This document shows, piece after piece, positions 28,341 through 38,210 of a stretch of 64,000 nucleotides of DNA. Within the stretch, counting starts at the first letter, position 1. Every line of letters begins with the position of its first letter. The notes beneath the pieces are model-generated. The model searched no databases, was not told the DNA's origin, and saw nothing but the letters and a program-made list of their open reading frames with translations. The translations under genes were made by a program, and so were the position numbers. Origin of the DNA: a virus. The stretch spans positions 1 through 64,000 of IMG/VR virus record IMGVR_UViG_3300021963_000081. The stretch is one strand, 5' to 3'.

Positions 28341-30019
28341 AAGCGCGCAAAAATTTTATAGGTCTTGAGGGGTTCGTTTGGTGGGTTGGTGTTGTTGAAG
28401 ACCGCCAAGATCCAGAACAACTCGGTCGTGTTCGTGTTCGCTGTTTTGGTTGGCACACTGAAGATAAGAAAAAGATTCCAACAAATGTTCTTCCTTGGGC
28501 GCATCCAGTTGTCCCAGTAAATCATCCTGCTGTATACACCCCAAAAGAGGGTGATATGGTTTTCGGTTTCTTCATGGATGGCAACTCTGCGCAGAATCCA
28601 GTCATTATGGGTGTTCTGCCAGGAAAGCCGCAGCAAAAGCCAAGATATGAAGATGGATTTAACGATCCAAGAAAAAGTTTTGGTGATGCGCCAAAGAGAC
28701 CAGATGATAATGCTGAGGCATATCCAAAGTCAAAGTATCTCAAAGAAGCAACGACAAATCGCCTTTCTCGCGGAAAGGCAGACAGTACAATTATTGCTAC
28801 ACGAAAAAAGAATCTAAAGAAAAGTATAAAGTCTGCAGGTGGAGTAACTTGGTCAGAACCAGCTCCAGCATTTGCACCAAAGTATCCTTACAACTATGCA
28901 CTTGAGACTGAATCAGGTCATGCCTTTGAATTAGATGATACTCCAGGAAAAGAGCGCGTTCATTTGGCTCATCGAAATGGATCGTACTTCGAAGTCGATA
29001 AAGACGGAAATAAAGTCGAGCGCGTACAAAAAGACAATTATGAAGTGATCATGGGCGATGATTTTATCTACGTCAAAGGTAAGGCAGTCATTACAGTCGA
29101 AGGTAATTTTAATCTTAAGACCGCAACTGTAAACATAGAAGCAGCTGCAATTAATATGGCTGCAGACGGAGCAATCAAAATTAAGGGAAGCTCGGTCAAT
29201 ATTGAATCAACAGGTTCCATGGACCTAAAAGCAGGTGGGGCTGGCAAATTTACTGCTGGTGGACGTCTTGATCTCAAGGGAGCAACAGCTGGTCTTGGTG
29301 GCGCAACAGTCGACATTCCTGCGGCAAAGGTCAATCTGCAAAGTGGTTCTGTTGGGTCTGCATCTGGAGCAGGAATCACTGGTGGCGGCACACAGGCTGC
29401 GGCAGGTGAAGCAGCTGCAAATTCAGCTGCGCAAAGTGCGGCAACTCAAGCGGCGGCAACAGCTGCAGGAAGTAATGCAGTTTCAACTCTTGGTTCTACC
29501 TTTACTGCTGCAGCAAATGCGGCAACAGGTGCCGTTTCTTCGGCAGTGAGTGCAGTGACTTCCGCTGTAGGTGCAGCAACATCAGGTGGTGCTCTTGGTG
29601 GCACTTTAGGAAGTGCACTCGGAAAAACAGTAAGTGGTTTGACTTCTTCTATTTCTGGCGTTGTTGGGGATCTAAAGGGTACACTCGACTCAACGATCAA
29701 AGATCTTGCCTCACCACTACCGATTGGTGAAATTGCAGCGAAGGTCGCTGGCGCTGAATCGTCAATTAATAACTCTCGCGGAGATATTTTATCCCTTGTT
29801 GGTGCATCTAAATCTGAAATTCTCGGAAAGATCGATACGATTGCACAAGGCGCATTTTCGAAGAATATAGACTTTAATGTTGACTCTGATATTCAAAAAG
29901 AAATCGATAAAACTAAAAATAATGGTCTCGTTCAAATCGTAACAGTCACGGCTAAGAAACTTTATCCTAAAACTGAAACGGTAAATATTGCTGTGACCTC
30001 AGCAAATACGGGAGGATAA
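28337..30019 (+). CDS. gp5: Baseplate central spike (OB-fold plus beta-helix, no T4-lysozyme domain, Ala/Gly-rich extension)
   Basis: WWVGVVEDRQDPEQLGRVRVRCFG, LPWA, YPYN..ETESGH.FELDDTPG.ER. Confidence 0.9.
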   Translation: MKARKNFIGLEGFVWWVGVVEDRQDPEQLGRVRVRCFGWHTEDKKKIPTNVLPWAHPVVPVNHPAVYTPKEGDMVFGFFMDGNSAQNPVIMGVLPGKPQQKPRYEDGFNDPRKSFGDAPKRPDDNAEAYPKSKYLKEATTNRLSRGKADSTIIATRKKNLKKSIKSAGGVTWSEPAPAFAPKYPYNYALETESGHAFELDDTPGKERVHLAHRNGSYFEVDKDGNKVERVQKDNYEVIMGDDFIYVKGKAVITVEGNFNLKTATVNIEAAAINMAADGAIKIKGSSVNIESTGSMDLKAGGAGKFTAGGRLDLKGATAGLGGATVDIPAAKVNLQSGSVGSASGAGITGGGTQAAAGEAAANSAAQSAATQAAATAAGSNAVSTLGSTFTAAANAATGAVSSAVSAVTSAVGAATSGGALGGTLGSALGKTVSGLTSSISGVVGDLKGTLDSTIKDLASPLPIGEIAAKVAGAESSINNSRGDILSLVGASKSEILGKIDTIAQGAFSKNIDFNVDSDIQKEIDKTKNNGLVQIVTVTAKKLYPKTETVNIAVTSANTGG

Positions 30020-30020
30020 A

Positions 30021-30902
30021 ATGGGACTCGTAACCAAAGCAGAAGCATATATTATTTCAGAACTCAAATCTACGGTTATGGATCGTCTCCACATGGGTGG
30101 TTCGTTCTTACAGCAAACATCAACCACAACAATCGGTGGAATTCCTGTTGCAATTAAGGCTGGTGGTCTTGGCGCCATAGGTGGTCAACTTGGAGGAATA
30201 ATCTCTCAGGTTCAGGCTGCAGCTGGAGCGATCACCACTCTTACACAAAATCCTATGTCTGCATTAGAAGGTGCTCTTGGGTCTCAGATCTCAGGTGTAA
30301 CAAGTCAAATTTCTGCTGTCACATCGAAACTTTCTGGTGGGCAATTGAGTGCATTGACTAACGGAATTACTGGTATACAGAATGCTCTTACTGATTTTCA
30401 GGCTCACACTCAATTACTTTCAGGTCAAGCGACCTCTATCTCTGACGCTATTCCTGATTTTAACAAAATTAAAGATGCAGGAAACACTCTAAAGGGTCTT
30501 ACTGGAGAAGATGCTGCAGATTTTATTTCAAACACTGCTTCGGCTCTGTTTTCGGACACTAAACTATCAAATATCACTAACTCACTGCAATACGTTGTAA
30601 ATGATAAGTTGGCTCGAATCTCTAGACTCGATTCTGTGGCTAATTCGGCTGAAATTTCTAGTCTTGTTTCCGATTGCCAACTCCTTATAAATAATCATGC
30701 AAATACAATGAACGTTGTTGTTGACTCTGATACACATGCATTCAATGAAGCGAGCAATACCTTAACTGCTGCAACGACGGTGGTGGGTGTGGCTTCTCAA
30801 TTTTCAGACACAAGTAGCGTTGGGTATGCACTTTTTAATAGAATCGGGACGAGCAGCGCGAAAAGCGCATTCAGTTCAGCAATTTCGGCGACAGAAACCT
30901 GA
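30021..30902 (+). CDS. Hypothetical Ala/Ser/Gly-rich helical virion protein
   Basis: GGAGG RBS; between gp5 and gp25. Confidence 0.7.
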   Translation: MGLVTKAEAYIISELKSTVMDRLHMGGSFLQQTSTTTIGGIPVAIKAGGLGAIGGQLGGIISQVQAAAGAITTLTQNPMSALEGALGSQISGVTSQISAVTSKLSGGQLSALTNGITGIQNALTDFQAHTQLLSGQATSISDAIPDFNKIKDAGNTLKGLTGEDAADFISNTASALFSDTKLSNITNSLQYVVNDKLARISRLDSVANSAEISSLVSDCQLLINNHANTMNVVVDSDTHAFNEASNTLTAATTVVGVASQFSDTSSVGYALFNRIGTSSAKSAFSSAISATET

Positions 30903-30909
30903 GTAAAAA

Positions 30910-31302
30910 ATGGCATTAGCATCTAGAACATTTAGCGATATCGATATGGATTTTATGCCAAATCCAATTACTGAGGATATCTTGAAGAAAACGAACGAAA
31001 GCGCAATCGCTCAATCGATCGGTAATCTTCTTCAGACGGCACATTATGAAAGACTATTTCGTCCAGAGATTGGATGTAATTTGAAGAAATATTTGTTTGA
31101 ACCAATTGACAATATTACTACGAATAACATAACTGAAGAAATTATCAGAACAATTACAAATTATGAGCCTCGTGTTCAATTGCTTGACGTTGTTGTAATT
31201 CCTGATTATGATAAGAATGGATATGATGTTTCTGTTAAATTTATAGTTAGAAACGACCCACAACCTATAACAATCACATTCTTCCTAGAACGAGTAAGAT
31301 AA
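30910..31302 (+). CDS. gp25: Baseplate wedge subunit
   Basis: FSDIDMDF, ERLFRPEIG, LFEP, NYEPRV, FLERVR. Confidence 0.92.
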   Translation: MALASRTFSDIDMDFMPNPITEDILKKTNESAIAQSIGNLLQTAHYERLFRPEIGCNLKKYLFEPIDNITTNNITEEIIRTITNYEPRVQLLDVVVIPDYDKNGYDVSVKFIVRNDPQPITITFFLERVR

Positions 31303-31303
31303 C

Positions 31304-33370
31304 ATGGCAAATATTGACGCAAAACTTCAAGTTGCTGAACTAGACTTCGATACAATCAAAACAAATTTGAAGGAGTTTATGCAGGCTCAGACCGAGTTTA
31401 GCGATTACAATTTCGAAGGTTCTGGTTTATCTACGCTTCTAGATGTTCTTGCATATAACACGCATTACATGGGCTACTATTTAAATATGGTATCTAATGA
31501 AATGTTTATCGATACTGCACTTACTCGTGGTGCAGTGGTATCGCACGCAAAACTTCTTGGTTACACGCCACGTTCTCGCGTCTCTTCAAAAGCAGCGATC
31601 GATCTAACTATCACACCAGTTGCAAACGATTCAAATAGTTCTGTTGTAATCCCTCGTTTTACAAGATTTGTTTCTGAAACGAAGGACGGAGTTAATTATA
31701 TTTTTGTGACTCCTTCTGCTCGTATTGTTTCTAAAAATACAACAACTGGCTTGTTTAATGTAGAAAATCTAGAGATTAAAGAAGGTCAGCCAGTTACATT
31801 TACATACACTTATACATCCGATACAAATCCTAAACAAGTATTTGAACTTCAAGATGTTGGAATTGATACTTCAACTTTAGTAGTTGCAGTTCAAAAGTCA
31901 GCTCAAAACGCAAACTTAGAAACTTACATTCTAGCCGAAGATGCGACTGATGTTGATGAGAATGCACTCGTATATTATCTCGAAGAAAATAAAAATGGAA
32001 GATACCAAATTTATTTTGGTGATGGAGTAATTGGAAAACAATTACAAGATGGAAATATCGTTATCGTTTCTTATGTTGTTACGACTGGTATTAATGCCAA
32101 TGGATTAAAATCTTTTAGATTACTCGATAATGTATTAAATGGCTCAACAATTACAGTTACTCTTCGAAGCGAATCTACATCTGGTGCACCAGAAGAAACT
32201 ATCGATCAAATTAAGTTTACTGCGCCAAAATCATATATTGCTCAAAATCGCGCTGTGACAAAGAACGATTATATCGCACTTATTAATCGCGATTATCCAT
32301 ACTTCGAAGCAGTGAATGTGTGGGGTGGAGAGGATAATGTTCCTCCTGTTTATGGCAAGGTATTCTTTACGGCTAAACCACTTGGTGGTTATGAAATTAC
32401 TGTAACAGAAATTGAGTATGTAAAGAATAATGTTATTCGTCCATTCTCAGTACTTACTGTGACTCCAGAATACGTTGCTGCCGACTATAACTATTTAAAT
32501 CTAGTTGTGGACGTAAACTTCGACCCAACTAAAACAAATAGAACTGGTGAAGAAGTTAAGAGTGTTATTACTGCTGCGATTAGAAATTTTGCAAATACAA
32601 ATCTAGATACTTTTAATAACTCATTTAAAGTTTCTCAGTTGTCTAGAGCAATTGATGACTCTGAGAATTCAATCATGAGTAATGACATTAAGGTCTATAT
32701 TGAGAAAAGATTTGCTCCAGACACAACTCGCTCTCAGAGTTATGAGATTAACTTCGGAACAGAACTTCAACAGGGTACAACTTTACAGCGCATAACAACA
32801 ACTCCATCATTTACCTATTTGGATAGTTCGAACATTGATCGTGAGTGTTTTATTGAAGAAGTCTTGCAGTCTTATACAGGCATTGAAGAAATTGAAGTGA
32901 CTGCAGCAGGTAGTGGTTATACATCTACACCATCAGTTTATATTGATGGTGATGGAACAGGTGCCGCAGCTCAAGCACTCATTGTAAACGGAACGCTTCG
33001 TAAAGTTATTATTACAAATCCAGGAAGTGGATATACTTCTGCCATTGCTCGAATTGAGGGTGGTGGTGGTGTTAACGCCACAGTAAGACCAATTCTTCAG
33101 GGTCGTGTGGGTCAGTTAAAGATCTTCACCATTATTAATTCAATTAAGAAAACAGTTGTTGAGAATATCGGAACTGTTGACTATAAAACTGGAACTATAA
33201 CGCTAAACAATTTTTTCCCAACTGCGATCTCAGATCCATTTGGAACGATTGTAATAATAGCCACTCCTGTTAAGAAAATATTCTCTTCCGAAAGAAATAG
33301 AATTATTACACTTGATCAGTCAGATCCAGCCGCACTATCAGTAACTGTAAACGCTATTGTCGAGTCATAA
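31304..33370 (+). CDS. gp6: Baseplate wedge subunit
   Basis: ELDFDTIK, FSDYNFEGSGLS.LLDVLAYNTHY, AQNRAVTKNDY, VWGGEDN.PP.YGKVF. Confidence 0.95.
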   Translation: MANIDAKLQVAELDFDTIKTNLKEFMQAQTEFSDYNFEGSGLSTLLDVLAYNTHYMGYYLNMVSNEMFIDTALTRGAVVSHAKLLGYTPRSRVSSKAAIDLTITPVANDSNSSVVIPRFTRFVSETKDGVNYIFVTPSARIVSKNTTTGLFNVENLEIKEGQPVTFTYTYTSDTNPKQVFELQDVGIDTSTLVVAVQKSAQNANLETYILAEDATDVDENALVYYLEENKNGRYQIYFGDGVIGKQLQDGNIVIVSYVVTTGINANGLKSFRLLDNVLNGSTITVTLRSESTSGAPEETIDQIKFTAPKSYIAQNRAVTKNDYIALINRDYPYFEAVNVWGGEDNVPPVYGKVFFTAKPLGGYEITVTEIEYVKNNVIRPFSVLTVTPEYVAADYNYLNLVVDVNFDPTKTNRTGEEVKSVITAAIRNFANTNLDTFNNSFKVSQLSRAIDDSENSIMSNDIKVYIEKRFAPDTTRSQSYEINFGTELQQGTTLQRITTTPSFTYLDSSNIDRECFIEEVLQSYTGIEEIEVTAAGSGYTSTPSVYIDGDGTGAAAQALIVNGTLRKVIITNPGSGYTSAIARIEGGGGVNATVRPILQGRVGQLKIFTIINSIKKTVVENIGTVDYKTGTITLNNFFPTAISDPFGTIVIIATPVKKIFSSERNRIITLDQSDPAALSVTVNAIVES

Positions 33371-33371
33371 T

Positions 33372-36300
33372 ATGGCAGCAGCTGAAAAAACTATATCAGC
33401 ACTTGTTCAGACGCAGTTACCAGACTTCGTCAAAGCAAACCATCCACAATTCAAAAGATTTATTGAATTGTACTATCAATGGTTGGAACAAAATGCTGCA
33501 GCTGGAATATCTAACACTGCAGGCAATACAATCTATCATGCTATGCAGATTGGTGATTATCGTGACATTGACGAAACCCCAGATGAGTTTGTTCGTTATT
33601 TTAAAGATGAATTGTTACCATATTTCCCAGAGAATCCATCACTCGATATTAAAAAGATTCTCAAAAGTGCAAGAGAATATTACAGCAAGAAAGGTAGCGA
33701 AGAATCACTCAAGTGGCTCTTTAAGGCACTTTACGATACTGACCTAGAAATCAACTATCCAAAAGAGCAAATTCTTATTGCTTCTGACGGTAAGTGGAAG
33801 AAGCCAAGAGCATTTCGAATTACTGTCGGTGAATCAAACAAGAACGTTGATGTTAATCTTCTAGAAAAGAAACTCGTTGTCGGTTCGGTTTCAGGCGCAA
33901 CTTGTATTATTGAGTCGGCAAATCGTACGATCGATGAAACAAATGGTAGAGAAATTATTGAGATTTATATCTCAAACATCACAAAATACTTTAATAACGG
34001 CGAAGATATTATCGTAAATTATGTCGATGTAAATGGTATCGATCGCGTTTTCCGCGAACGTATCATCGGAACATTGTCGAATGTTAGAGTTGATTCAAAT
34101 ATTCGCACAGATCCGCGTCAGCGTCGTCGCGGTTTGCTTTATAACGTAGGTGATCCTGTTGTTATTACTGGAGGTCTTGGTACTTCTGCTGAAGCAAACG
34201 ATGCAGCAGCACTCGTTGGTAACGTGACGCGTGGATCTATTGAAGCTGTTACTCCAATCTTTTTTGGCTACGGATATAGAGAACATTATAACACTCAAGT
34301 CGTTGTATTAAGAACGTTAGGTGTTGATGATGATGACGCAAATTCATCCACTGATTTGCGCGTCATTGGTTTAAACACGTCTGCGTGCACATCAAATAGC
34401 CAACGAAATTTCTTAGAAACGATTAATTATGATTTAACATCAATCGAGTTCCTTGGAGATACACTCATTGGATCAGCAAATTTTGCTCCAATGACTCCAA
34501 ATAATGTTAATCTTGTTCTCAATGTTACTGAAGAAGATTACACTGATTATTTCGAAAACTTTGAAACTGTTTGGGCAAATGGTAACAATCAATTCGACGC
34601 ATTGTTTGTCGGTAAGGTTGCAACACCAAATGGCAACACACGAATTAGCGGCACGGTAAATGTTTACAGCACCAATGGAACGGTTTGGGGAGCAGGAACT
34701 CAGTTTTCGTATGAGTTAAAGACTGGTCAAACTCTAAGAGTTGGTGGTGCATATCAAACGATTTCTTCTATTACGAACAACGAACATCTTGTTGTAACAT
34801 CAGCATACTCTTCCACATTAACCAATCAAAATGCTTACAGAATAGGCGTGTTTGCAAATTCAGTCGGTCCTGATGCGACTGGTGGACTTCTCATCTATGA
34901 TGCACAATACTCTGGCACTTTAGCAAACATTTTCTTGGGTTCTGGTTCGCAACTTATTGCAGCAAATAGCGGAAAGACTTGGAACTATAATTCTATAACT
35001 AGTTCTTCTCTTAATGCAAACGCAAATGCAATGATTATCCAGTGTCTAGATTTCACATCAGTTAACACTGGCGGAATCGCTGCAATTTCAGTGATTGATG
35101 GTGGCTACGGATTCCGCGCTGAACCATCATTAGACATTACATCGCATTATGATACGAATTGGTCAGAAGATTATGATTATAATAATTCAACAGAGAAACA
35201 AGACAAATTAGATACTTGGCAAACATTTAAAGATCTTGGATTAATTGCTCACGTTTATATCGATAGCCCAGGAACAAACTATTCAGCTGGCGACGGATTA
35301 GTTTTTGTTGGTAGAGGATATGGGGCAAACGGATATGTGCAGTCTGTAAATGCTACTGGCGCCATTCAGTCTATTATTCTCGACAATCGCGGCGAAGGGT
35401 ATCTTGCAAGACCAGAAGTTTATGTGGAAAGAGCAACAAAAACATATCAAACTTTGACAGGTACTGCAACTGTTAATAATGAAAGCAGAATAGTTGTTGG
35501 TTCTGGTACTTCTTTCTTAACTGCTGTGTCTCCAAGAAACATAATTAAAATCAACGATGAGATTCGTCGCGTTACGACGATCACGAATTCAACTCACTTA
35601 CTAGTAAATACTGCATTTACTGCAAATGCAACATCACAAACAATTTATGAGCAAGATGGAGAAGAAGCCACACTCACTGGATATTTGTTTGGCGATGGAT
35701 TTGTTGAGACAATAGACACCTCTGCTATTGGTCGTGTTCAAGATATTCGACTACTCTATCGTGGTTATGATTATGTCAGCACACCAACGGTTTCTCTCAA
35801 GGTTGTGGATACAGTCGTCAGCCCAATTCCAGATTCTGAGACTCTATACGAACAAGAATACATCTACCAGGGAACTTCACTTCAAACATCTACGTTTAGA
35901 GCAAATGTGAAGTCATATAATCGTACATCAAACCTTCTTCGTTTGTATAATTACTCTGGAACAATTGACACCACGCAGTTATTGAAGACTGCAAACAATG
36001 TTCTTATCAGCGTTGATACTGGTGAAAGAGTTCCAGTTCCTGCTCGCGGAATATTAGTTGGAACTGGACCGTCAACGTTCTATCCACAATCAGTCGCTGA
36101 TCTTCCAAATCCAATGTATTACGGTAATGGTCGCGCGCGAGCCAATGCTCAATTTGCTAATGGTCTAATTGAATTCAATGGGTTCTTCTTAAACACAGAT
36201 GGATTCCCAAGTGCTGATAAGGTTTTGCAAGACGATACGATTTATCACAACTTCTCATACATCATCCAAGCTGAAAAAGATCTAATCGAATATGAAACTA

Positions 36301-38207
36301 CACTAAAGAACATTTCACATCCAGCTGGTCTCATACTTTCTGCAAAGAGAATTGTTTTAAGTGGCGATAATATGGGCGTTGACACTAAATCGAACGCTGA
36401 CGTATTCTTGTCAAAATACGATAGTTCTAGAGTCGGTGTACTAAATTCTCGTTCAAATGTAATCACTGGATACGGAACCGATTTCACGAATAGTATTGGT
36501 GGCGGTTTAGCCAACACCAAAGTCAACGTTGGTGACTTGTTTATTCTAAGTTATAGTGGTGCGTTCTCTGAAAATTCTATTGCAAATGATAGTTCACTTA
36601 GAACTCAAACGAAACTTATTACCGCAGTCAATTCAAACACTGAACTTGCACTTGAAAGTAATTTCATTATTACTGGTCAAGGTCGTATGAACAGTAACGT
36701 AGCATATGCATCGATTACAGGAACTGTTGCAACAAATCCTGCAGTAACTGGAACAGTAACAATTAATCCTGCTCTCACAGGAAATGTTAACGTAAATCCA
36801 TACTTGACAGGAACGGTAAATGTTCTAACGTCGAATGTGGTTGTGGGTAATAATACCATATTCACAACTGAACTTGTTGCAAACGACATTATCACGATTA
36901 ATAATCAAACAAAACGTGTGACGTCGATTACTAACAATCAACATCTTTTTGTTAATTCAGTATTCTCACAGTCAGGTACAGGTAATACAGCAGTTCTTTC
37001 CTCTGCTGTTATCAGTGGTAACGGTACATACTTTATCGGAAACTTAACTATTGGTGATCTTGTTACTGTAAATAACGAAATTAGATCTGTTGTTCTCGTC
37101 GATAGCAATACTTCAGTAGAAGTTAATGCAGCATTCACATATCATGCAGAAACAACACCAATCTATACTCAATCAAACGTTGTAATTGGATCAGGAACAA
37201 ACTTTGATCCACAAATTAACGTTGGTGATATTATCACAATCAATAATGAAATTCGTCGAGTAACAGTTCGTGCAAATGATACCTATCTCGAAACGAATAC
37301 CAAATTTACAAATGCTGGAAACACATTACCGCTTTATAAAGCAAATTCAATCATTCTAGGTTCGGGAACTACATTTACAACACAACTTGCCGCGAATGAT
37401 GTAATTAAAGTCAATAACGAAATTAGAGAAGTTATTGCAATCACTGATAACACGCATCTCACAGTCAATACTCCATTCACATATCGCGAAAGCGGAAATG
37501 CAGTGGTGAAACTATCCAATACTGTGTTTACGATTGCAGGAAATGTTAATACTCTTGCGCAAATGATTGTGGCTGGAGATAATGTGACCTTTAATATCGC
37601 AACCTCGAATGTGTATAAAGCACAAACTGGTAGCGTCCAAGTCTTTACTCAGAACGGTAAGATTGTTGGAACCTCAACTAACTTTAGTACTGGTTTGCTC
37701 GTGGGCGACTTGATTAAGGTGAATAACGAAATTAAACAAATTGTCAATATCTCTAGCGCGACTGTTATGAATGTAAACTCTTCATTCTTGAACGAAGCGA
37801 CTGGAAATCTCCTTTACAAGAGAGCGACCACACAAAATGCGAACGTCATTTCAGTTGGATCAAAGACTATTACAACAAATGTCGCACTTCAAGCGAATAC
37901 TTCGGGTCTTGTGTATTTGATTGTGCCAAACTATAATAAACCAGTCACTATCGCTGGAACTGTTAATGCCAGCGGAATTTATGTAACAGGAAACACCACA
38001 ACACCAAATGTTACCTATTTTGTGGGTAACGTTGCGATTGGAATGAATATTACTGTCAATAATGAAATTCGACAGGTTGTTGCAATTGATAACAACGCTA
38101 ACCTAACTGTAAACCTAGCATTCACGAATGCAGCAGGAGATAAATACCTCTATGCAGTTGAATCATATGACTATAGAGTTCTAACTCTCACCAAAGATCT
38201 CGGATAA
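33372..38207 (+). CDS. gp7: Baseplate wedge initiator with many inserted beta-domains
   Basis: QLPDFV...FIELYYQWLE, YYSKKGSEES, LQDDTIYHNFSYII...HPAG; between gp6 and gp8; ATG 33372. Confidence 0.8.
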   Translation: MAAAEKTISALVQTQLPDFVKANHPQFKRFIELYYQWLEQNAAAGISNTAGNTIYHAMQIGDYRDIDETPDEFVRYFKDELLPYFPENPSLDIKKILKSAREYYSKKGSEESLKWLFKALYDTDLEINYPKEQILIASDGKWKKPRAFRITVGESNKNVDVNLLEKKLVVGSVSGATCIIESANRTIDETNGREIIEIYISNITKYFNNGEDIIVNYVDVNGIDRVFRERIIGTLSNVRVDSNIRTDPRQRRRGLLYNVGDPVVITGGLGTSAEANDAAALVGNVTRGSIEAVTPIFFGYGYREHYNTQVVVLRTLGVDDDDANSSTDLRVIGLNTSACTSNSQRNFLETINYDLTSIEFLGDTLIGSANFAPMTPNNVNLVLNVTEEDYTDYFENFETVWANGNNQFDALFVGKVATPNGNTRISGTVNVYSTNGTVWGAGTQFSYELKTGQTLRVGGAYQTISSITNNEHLVVTSAYSSTLTNQNAYRIGVFANSVGPDATGGLLIYDAQYSGTLANIFLGSGSQLIAANSGKTWNYNSITSSSLNANANAMIIQCLDFTSVNTGGIAAISVIDGGYGFRAEPSLDITSHYDTNWSEDYDYNNSTEKQDKLDTWQTFKDLGLIAHVYIDSPGTNYSAGDGLVFVGRGYGANGYVQSVNATGAIQSIILDNRGEGYLARPEVYVERATKTYQTLTGTATVNNESRIVVGSGTSFLTAVSPRNIIKINDEIRRVTTITNSTHLLVNTAFTANATSQTIYEQDGEEATLTGYLFGDGFVETIDTSAIGRVQDIRLLYRGYDYVSTPTVSLKVVDTVVSPIPDSETLYEQEYIYQGTSLQTSTFRANVKSYNRTSNLLRLYNYSGTIDTTQLLKTANNVLISVDTGERVPVPARGILVGTGPSTFYPQSVADLPNPMYYGNGRARANAQFANGLIEFNGFFLNTDGFPSADKVLQDDTIYHNFSYIIQAEKDLIEYETTLKNISHPAGLILSAKRIVLSGDNMGVDTKSNADVFLSKYDSSRVGVLNSRSNVITGYGTDFTNSIGGGLANTKVNVGDLFILSYSGAFSENSIANDSSLRTQTKLITAVNSNTELALESNFIITGQGRMNSNVAYASITGTVATNPAVTGTVTINPALTGNVNVNPYLTGTVNVLTSNVVVGNNTIFTTELVANDIITINNQTKRVTSITNNQHLFVNSVFSQSGTGNTAVLSSAVISGNGTYFIGNLTIGDLVTVNNEIRSVVLVDSNTSVEVNAAFTYHAETTPIYTQSNVVIGSGTNFDPQINVGDIITINNEIRRVTVRANDTYLETNTKFTNAGNTLPLYKANSIILGSGTTFTTQLAANDVIKVNNEIREVIAITDNTHLTVNTPFTYRESGNAVVKLSNTVFTIAGNVNTLAQMIVAGDNVTFNIATSNVYKAQTGSVQVFTQNGKIVGTSTNFSTGLLVGDLIKVNNEIKQIVNISSATVMNVNSSFLNEATGNLLYKRATTQNANVISVGSKTITTNVALQANTSGLVYLIVPNYNKPVTIAGTVNASGIYVTGNTTTPNVTYFVGNVAIGMNITVNNEIRQVVAIDNNANLTVNLAFTNAAGDKYLYAVESYDYRVLTLTKDLG

Positions 38208-38210
38208 AAA

